From Dermatobacter hominis (GTDB lineage: Bacteria > Actinomycetota > Acidimicrobiia > Acidimicrobiales > Microtrichaceae), in contig NZ_CP085840.1 of NCBI RefSeq assembly GCF_020715685.1, forward strand, positions 4,354,891 to 4,418,890: a DNA stretch of 64,000 bases, read 5' to 3'. How positions within the stretch are numbered: position 1 is the first letter of the stretch; each line of letters starts with the position of its first letter. The notes under the pieces are model-generated. The model did not search any database and was not told the origin of the DNA. It saw only the letters and a list, made by a program, of their open reading frames with translations. The position numbers and the translations under genes were made by a program. Positions 58,496 through 64,000 of the stretch are shown here, one piece after another.

Positions 58496-59347
58496 GTGCG
58501 GACCGTCGAGACACGACGACGCTCCCGGTACGTGCTGCTCGTCCTCAGCCTGCTGGCCGTCACGCTGATCACCCTCGACTCGCGGGGCGTCGGCGTGTTC
58601 GACGGGATCCGCGGCGCCGCCGGCGACGTCTTCGCCCCGGTCGGCGACGCGTTCGCCTGGGTGACGACGCCGGTGCGCAACGCCTGGGGCGGCGTGTCGG
58701 ACTACGAGGACCTCGAGGCCGAGAACGAGCGCCTTCGCGAGCGGGTGGCAGAGCTCGAGGGCAACGAGGACAAGGCGGCCAACGCGATCGAGCAGCTCAA
58801 GCGCATCCAGGAGCAGCTCAACCTCGGCTTCGTCGGCGACGTGCCGCTCCAGGTGGCGAGGGTGGCGTCCGGGCCCTACTCGAACTTCGACTCCTTCCGG
58901 ATGGAGATCGACAAGGGGAGCGACGCCGGCCTGGCGGTCGGGATGCCGGTCGTGGCCAACGCCGGGGAGACCGGTGGCGGCCTGGTCGGTCGGCTCGAGC
59001 GCGTCAGCCGGACGCGGTCGGTGGTGCAGCTGGCCACCGACCCCGACTTCGGCATCGGCGTCCGCCTGGCCAGCACCCAGGACGTGGGGTTCGGGCACGG
59101 CGGCGGCGACTCCGACCGCTTCGTGGTCGACAAGGGGATCGAGATCGGCGACCCCATCCAACCCGGCGAGGTGGTGCTGACGAGCGGCCTCGAGAACTCG
59201 GTCATGCCGCCCGACATCCCGGTCGGCACCGTCGACAAGGCGAGCCCGAACGGGAGCACCGGCCTGCAGGTCCTGCTCGTGAACTACGCGGTCGACTTCT
59301 CCCAGCTCGACGTCGTGCAGGTGATGAAGTGGACGCCGCAGCGGTGA
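58496..59347 (+). CDS. mreC: rod shape-determining protein MreC
   Basis: GTG at 58496 within ORF 57551..59347; N-terminal TM, coiled coil (LEAENERLRERVAELEG), beta-rich C-terminus; position between mreB and mreD. Confidence 0.85.
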   Translation: MRTVETRRRSRYVLLVLSLLAVTLITLDSRGVGVFDGIRGAAGDVFAPVGDAFAWVTTPVRNAWGGVSDYEDLEAENERLRERVAELEGNEDKAANAIEQLKRIQEQLNLGFVGDVPLQVARVASGPYSNFDSFRMEIDKGSDAGLAVGMPVVANAGETGGGLVGRLERVSRTRSVVQLATDPDFGIGVRLASTQDVGFGHGGGDSDRFVVDKGIEIGDPIQPGEVVLTSGLENSVMPPDIPVGTVDKASPNGSTGLQVLLVNYAVDFSQLDVVQVMKWTPQR

Positions 59348-59354
59348 CGGGCCG

Positions 59355-59864
59355 GTGATCGAGGGCAGCTCCCTCATCCGGTGGGTCCTGCTCGTGACGG
59401 CCACGCTGGTGCTGCAGATCGGCCTGGCGACCCAGATCAGGGTCGCCGGCGTGCACCCCGACCTCCTCCTGCTGGTCGCGATCTGCGCCGGGCTGGTCGG
59501 CGGTCCGAGCACCGGCGCCGGCGTCGGGTTCGCCTGCGGGCTCCTCTTCGACCTGTTCCTGCCGGGGCGCTTCGGCGTGACGGCCCTGGCCTACCTGCTC
59601 GTCGGCTACGGGTCCGGCGTGGCCGGCGACGCCGTGGCCCGGCCGACGCGGTGGATCTCGGCGGGGATCGTCGCCCTGGCCAGCGCGGCGGGCACGCTCG
59701 TCTACGCCGCGATCGGCCAGTTGCTGGGACAGCGCTCATTGTCCGATCCCAACCTGGGCGCCATCGTCGGTATCGTCGCGGCGTTCAACGCGCTCTTGGC
59801 GGTCCCGGTCCTGGCCGTCTGCCGCTGGGCGGAACCGGAGGACGTGCGCCTCCGGGCGCGCTGA
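59355..59864 (+). CDS. mreD: rod shape-determining protein MreD
   Basis: 169 aa polytopic membrane protein immediately after mreC. Confidence 0.8.
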   Translation: MIEGSSLIRWVLLVTATLVLQIGLATQIRVAGVHPDLLLLVAICAGLVGGPSTGAGVGFACGLLFDLFLPGRFGVTALAYLLVGYGSGVAGDAVARPTRWISAGIVALASAAGTLVYAAIGQLLGQRSLSDPNLGAIVGIVAAFNALLAVPVLAVCRWAEPEDVRLRAR

Positions 59865-59978
59865 TCCCCGCCGTCACCCGCACCGCCCGCCACCCAGGTC
59901 CCTCCGCACCCATGTCGTCGCCCCTCCTCCACGCTCCCGATCACGCCGGCGGGCGCGGGCACCTCGCCGGAGACGAAC

Positions 59979-62123
59979 GTGGACACCGAGGCGGGCATGG
60001 ACACTGACTCCCGCCAGGTCCGGCTCAGCGCGCTCGGCATCGTGGCCGTGTCGCTGTTCCTCGCGCTGTTCGTCCGCCTGTGGTTCCTGCAGGGGATCGA
60101 CCGGCAGAAGTTCGAGGTCGCCTCGGCCTCGAACCGCCTGCGAGTGATCCACGAGGAGGGCCCCCGCGGCCGGATCCTCGACCGCAACGGCAAGGTCATC
60201 GTCGACAACCGGACCTCCCGGGTGGTGGCGCTCGACCGGGAGCCCCTGCGGAAGATGGACGAGGAGGAGCGGACGCAGCACTTCGACGAGCTGGCCCAGA
60301 CCCTGACCGACCTCGGGCGGCCCACCAAGGTCGATCTCATCCAGAAGCGCTACGCCGACCAGCGCTACGCCCCGCAGGAGTACGTCCCGATCGTCGACGA
60401 CGTCACCGAGGAGGTCGAGATCTACCTCTCGGAGCGGGCCGACCGGTTCCCCGGCGTCGTGGTCGAGACGCGCGCGGTGCGCGCGTACCCCTACGGCTCG
60501 CTGGCCGGGCAGGTGCTCGGCTACGTCGGCGAGACCAACGAGAAGGAGCTGGCCGCCAAGGGCGGCACGCTGCCGGCCGGCGCCACCACGACGGACCCGC
60601 CGGCCACCACGACGACGATCGAGGGTGTCCCGCCGAAGCCGTACCAGCCGGGCGACCTGATCGGGAAGTCCGGGGTGGAGCAGTCCTACGAGGACTACCT
60701 CCGGGCGGTCCCCGGCAGCCGCACGATCGAGGTGAACGCGAAGGGCGACCTCATCGACGTCGTGAAGCAGGAGGAGGCGAAGGCCGGCGACGACGTGTGG
60801 CTCAGCATCGACATCGACCTCCAGGCCCAGGCCGAGCGGCTGCTCAAGGCCAAGATCGAGTCGCTGCGCGGGCGGACCGATCGGACGACCGGCGCCAAGC
60901 TGAACGTGCCGCAGGGCTCGGTGGTGATCCAGGAGCCGATGACCGGGCAGATCCTGGCGATGGCGAGCTACCCGGAGTTCGATCCGGGGCAGACGGTGAA
61001 CGGCATCTCGTCGGAGCTGTGGGCGCAGCTCAACGACCCGGCCAACGGACGGCCGCTCTACAACTGGGCCCTCCAGGGCGCCTACGCACCCGGGTCGACG
61101 TTCAAGCCGTTCACCGCGTACGCGGCGATGTCGAGCGGCCTGCTCCCCACCGGCAACGAGAGCTACGTGGACAACGGCGTCTACAAGCTGAAGGCGTGCA
61201 AGGGCACGAAGTGCGAGTACCAGAACGCCGGCCGCAACGCGCACGGCCGGGTCAACGTGCCGCGGTCGCTCACCGTGAGCTCGGACGTCTACTACTACTG
61301 GATCGGCGAGCAGTTCTGGGTCGGCCGCGACCGCTTCGGCAACACGCCGATCCAGGACTCGGCCAAGGGGTTCGGCCTCGGCGACCGCACCGGGATCAAG
61401 CTGCTGGGCGAGAACCAGGGTCGGCTCCCGACGCCCGAGGCGCGCCGCGAGGCGTACGAGGCGAACCCCGAGGCGTTCGCGACTGGCGACTGGTTCACCG
61501 GCGACAACATCATCACCGCCATCGGCCAGGGCGACGTGCTGGTGACGCCGCTGCAGCTGGCCGACGCCTACGCCACGCTGGCCAACGGTGGGACGCGCTT
61601 CCGGCCCCAGATCGTCTCGAAGGTCACCCGCAGCAAGGACCCGACCCTCCCGCCCGGCCAGGAGGGCAACTTCGAGGTGGTGACCCAGGTCGAGCCCGAG
61701 GAGCTGGGCAAGGTCGCCATGACGCCCGAGCAGTACAACCAGATCGTCAGCGGCCTCGTCGGTGTGACCCAGAGCGGCGAGGGCACGGCCTCGGCGTCCT
61801 GGCGGGCCAGCCCGACGGCGTGGCCGATGGCGGGCAAGACCGGCACGGCCCAGGTCAAGGACAAGGCCGACACGGCGCTCTTCGCCGGGTGGGGCCCGGT
61901 CGCGCCCGGCGGCGTGCCGCAGTACGCGATCAGCGTGATCGTGCCCGAGGCCGGCTTCGGCGGCGACGTCGCCGCCCCGCTCGCGTTCCGCATCCTCCAG
62001 CCGGCCAGCTCGGGCCAGCTCGTCCCGGCCTGCACGGTCGCGGACCGGGCCAACTGCGACCTCGCGTCGATCGCCGCCAGCAGCGCCAGCCAGCGCGACG
62101 TCGGTTCCGGAGGCCCGGGATGA
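59979..62123 (+). CDS. mrdA: penicillin-binding protein 2 (elongasome transpeptidase)
   Basis: 714 aa; N-terminal TM, dimerisation domain, transpeptidase motifs STFKPF (SxxK), SSD (SxN), KTGTA (KTG). Confidence 0.9.
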   Translation: MDTEAGMDTDSRQVRLSALGIVAVSLFLALFVRLWFLQGIDRQKFEVASASNRLRVIHEEGPRGRILDRNGKVIVDNRTSRVVALDREPLRKMDEEERTQHFDELAQTLTDLGRPTKVDLIQKRYADQRYAPQEYVPIVDDVTEEVEIYLSERADRFPGVVVETRAVRAYPYGSLAGQVLGYVGETNEKELAAKGGTLPAGATTTDPPATTTTIEGVPPKPYQPGDLIGKSGVEQSYEDYLRAVPGSRTIEVNAKGDLIDVVKQEEAKAGDDVWLSIDIDLQAQAERLLKAKIESLRGRTDRTTGAKLNVPQGSVVIQEPMTGQILAMASYPEFDPGQTVNGISSELWAQLNDPANGRPLYNWALQGAYAPGSTFKPFTAYAAMSSGLLPTGNESYVDNGVYKLKACKGTKCEYQNAGRNAHGRVNVPRSLTVSSDVYYYWIGEQFWVGRDRFGNTPIQDSAKGFGLGDRTGIKLLGENQGRLPTPEARREAYEANPEAFATGDWFTGDNIITAIGQGDVLVTPLQLADAYATLANGGTRFRPQIVSKVTRSKDPTLPPGQEGNFEVVTQVEPEELGKVAMTPEQYNQIVSGLVGVTQSGEGTASASWRASPTAWPMAGKTGTAQVKDKADTALFAGWGPVAPGGVPQYAISVIVPEAGFGGDVAAPLAFRILQPASSGQLVPACTVADRANCDLASIAASSASQRDVGSGGPG

Positions 62124-62136
62124 CGGCGGTGCACCG

Positions 62137-63255
62137 ATGACCAGGACCTTCACCGGTACCGACCGGTTCCGCTCCCGCGACCTCTCGGCGCCCTGGCGCC
62201 ACGTGGACGTCGCGCTGCTCGTCGTCGTCGGGCTCATCGTCGTGATGGGGACGGCGATGGTGTACAGCGCCACCCGCAACATGGACGGCGGCACCGGCTA
62301 CATGCTTCGCCAGGGGATGTTCATCATCCTCGGCCTCGGCCTGATGGCCGGCCTCGCCCTCGTCGACTACCGGCGGATCGCGGACTGGTGGCAGCTGATC
62401 TACGGCCTGTCGCTCGTCGCCATGGCGGGCGTCTTCACACCGCTCGGCTCCGTCGTGAACGGCACGAAGGGCTGGTACCGCTTCGGCCCGTTCTCGCTCC
62501 AGCCGGCCGAGTTCGCCAAGCTCGGCGTGATCATCGCGGTCGCCGCGTACCTCGGCCACCAGGAGAAGGTCGACCTGCGGCGCCTCGCCGTGGCGCTGGG
62601 CCTGTTCGCCGTCCCGACCGCGATGACGCTGCTGCAGCCCGACCTCGGCTCGGCGCTGGTGTTCATCGTGATCGCGCTCGGCATGCTCGTCGTGGGCGGC
62701 GTGCAGATGCGCCACCTGCTCGTGCTGGTCGTGCTGGGGCTGGTGGCGGTGTTCGGCATCCTCAACTCGGGCACGCTCGACCAGTACCAGAAGGACCGGC
62801 TGACCTCGTTCGTGACCCCCAACGGCCAGTCGTACAACGTCGAGCAGGCCCAGCAGGCCATCGGCTCCGGCGGCCTGACCGGCTACGGGTACACCAAGGG
62901 GCCCCAGACCCGGGGCGGCTACGTGCCCGAGCAGGAGACCGACTTCATCTTCACCGTCGCGGGGGAAGAGCTCGGTTTCGTGGGCGCCGGGTCGCTCGTC
63001 ATCCTCCTCGGGCTCCTGGTCTGGCGGATCTGGCGGGTCGCCCAGCTCGCCGCGGACCCGCTGGGGACCCTGATCTGCGTCGGGATCATGTCGATGTTCC
63101 TGTTCCACATCTTCGAGAACATCGGGATGACGCTCGGGATCATGCCGGTGACCGGCATCCCGCTGCCCTTCGTGTCCTACGGCGGCTCCTCGCTGATGAC
63201 GTCGTTCGCCGCGGTCGGCCTGGTGCAGTCGGTCCACATGCACCGCTACGCCTGA
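62137..63255 (+). CDS. rodA: SEDS-family peptidoglycan glycosyltransferase RodA
   Basis: 372 aa, ~10 TM; conserved blocks PAEFAKLGVIIAVAAYL, DLGSALVF, QQAIGSGGLTGYGY, PLPFVSYGGSSL. Confidence 0.9.
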   Translation: MTRTFTGTDRFRSRDLSAPWRHVDVALLVVVGLIVVMGTAMVYSATRNMDGGTGYMLRQGMFIILGLGLMAGLALVDYRRIADWWQLIYGLSLVAMAGVFTPLGSVVNGTKGWYRFGPFSLQPAEFAKLGVIIAVAAYLGHQEKVDLRRLAVALGLFAVPTAMTLLQPDLGSALVFIVIALGMLVVGGVQMRHLLVLVVLGLVAVFGILNSGTLDQYQKDRLTSFVTPNGQSYNVEQAQQAIGSGGLTGYGYTKGPQTRGGYVPEQETDFIFTVAGEELGFVGAGSLVILLGLLVWRIWRVAQLAADPLGTLICVGIMSMFLFHIFENIGMTLGIMPVTGIPLPFVSYGGSSLMTSFAAVGLVQSVHMHRYA

Positions 63256-63327
63256 TGCGCCGGGCCCGGCGTGGCGGCTGAACCCGGTTCCGTGCCCGAA
63301 CGTCACCGTCGGTACACTTCACGGACC

Positions 63328-64000
63328 ATGTCCGTCCACCAGGCCGACGCCCCCGGGGCGCCCTCAGGTCCGGGCGGCTCCGTGTGGGACCGCCTGGAGC
63401 CGCTGCTGCACCGGGTCCAGAAGCCCGCCCGGTACATCGGCTGCGAGGACGGCAGCGTCAACCCCGACTGGTCGGGGATGGGGCCCACGAGCCCCGTCGT
63501 CGCCTGGTTGATGACCTATCCCGACACGTACGAGATCGGCCTGCCCAACCAGGGCCTGCAGATCCTGTACGAGATCCTCAACGAGCGCGCCGACGCCGTC
63601 GCCGAGCGGGCGTACGCCCCCTGGGTCGACCTCGAGGCCGAGATGCGGGCCTCCGGCCTGCCGCTGTTCAGCGTCGACACCCACCGGCCCGCGACCGACT
63701 TCGACGTCGTCGCGTTCAACCTCTCGGCCGAGCTCAACTACACGAACCTCCTCAACTGCATCGACCTGGCCGGCGTGCCGGTCCGGGCGGCGGAGCGGCG
63801 GGCCCACCACCCGCTCGTCGCCGTGGGCGGCCACTGCACCTACAACCCCGAGCCGATCGCCGACTTCGTCGACCTGGTCGTCCTGGGCGACGGCGAGGAG
63901 GTCGTCACCGAGATCAACCGGGTCGTCTCGGCGTGGAAGTCCTCGGGCCGCGGTGACCGGGAGGACGTCCTGCGGGCGCTGTGCGCCGTGCCCGGCGTGT
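63328..64000 (+). CDS. TIGR03960-family B12-binding-domain radical SAM protein, 5'-partial (continues past window end)
   Basis: ATG at 63328; RYIGCEDGSVNPDW...AWLMTYPDTYEIGLPNQGLQILYEILN...PLVAVGGHCTYNPEPIADFVDLVVLGDGEE matches the conserved radical-SAM gene that follows mre/rodA and precedes rne in actinobacteria. Confidence 0.7.
   Translation, partial: MSVHQADAPGAPSGPGGSVWDRLEPLLHRVQKPARYIGCEDGSVNPDWSGMGPTSPVVAWLMTYPDTYEIGLPNQGLQILYEILNERADAVAERAYAPWVDLEAEMRASGLPLFSVDTHRPATDFDVVAFNLSAELNYTNLLNCIDLAGVPVRAAERRAHHPLVAVGGHCTYNPEPIADFVDLVVLGDGEEVVTEINRVVSAWKSSGRGDREDVLRALCAVPGV

Overview
This is a very GC-rich (~70%+) actinobacterial chromosomal segment. Long arginine-rich ORFs on non-coding frames are frequent artefacts, so calls rest on recognisable protein families and motifs.

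Conserved backbone:
- rpe
- a 23S rRNA methyltransferase with a TRAM domain
- a lone ClpP1-type clpP
- tig, a ClpP2-type clpP, clpX and folC, with ndk convergent to folC
- mreB-mreC-mreD, PBP2 (mrdA) and rodA, followed by the TIGR03960 radical-SAM gene
- the S2P protease and msrB operon
- four tRNAs: Lys, His and Arg as a cluster, plus Pro

Accessory content:
1. An AfsR-type SARP regulator (1148 aa) sits divergent from a three-gene redox operon on the minus strand: hemerythrin, a cupredoxin-like lipoprotein and a Tat-secreted thioredoxin-like CxxC protein.
2. A TetR regulator and an MFS transporter form a divergent pair. A perfect palindromic operator overlaps the transporter start codon.
3. 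A signalling cluster holds a three-domain response regulator (REC, LuxR HTH, class III nucleotide cyclase), an orphan ABC ATPase, a polytopic GAF/HisKA_3 histidine kinase, a stand-alone REC domain and a canonical NarL response regulator. Nearby are a protein with a cNMP-binding domain and a Met-rich cupredoxin lipoprotein that is a paralogue of the one in the redox operon.
4. Most notable is a ~9.6 kb integrative element (34174..43765) inserted into the 3' end of tRNA-Gly(TCC). It is bounded by perfect 45-bp direct repeats, and each arm has an internal repeated motif (cgcgcgcacgg x2) consistent with arm-type sites. It carries two translationally coupled tyrosine recombinases, an excisionase, a RepA-like AAA_25 ATPase, a SWIM zinc-finger protein, an HNH endonuclease, a WhiB-like regulator and several proteins of unknown function, including an att-adjacent 272-aa cargo protein. 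No capsid, tail or conjugation genes are present. The content is more like a satellite, PICI or minimal integrative-element type than a prophage or a pSAM2-type AICE.

No rRNA, CRISPR array or transposase was seen.
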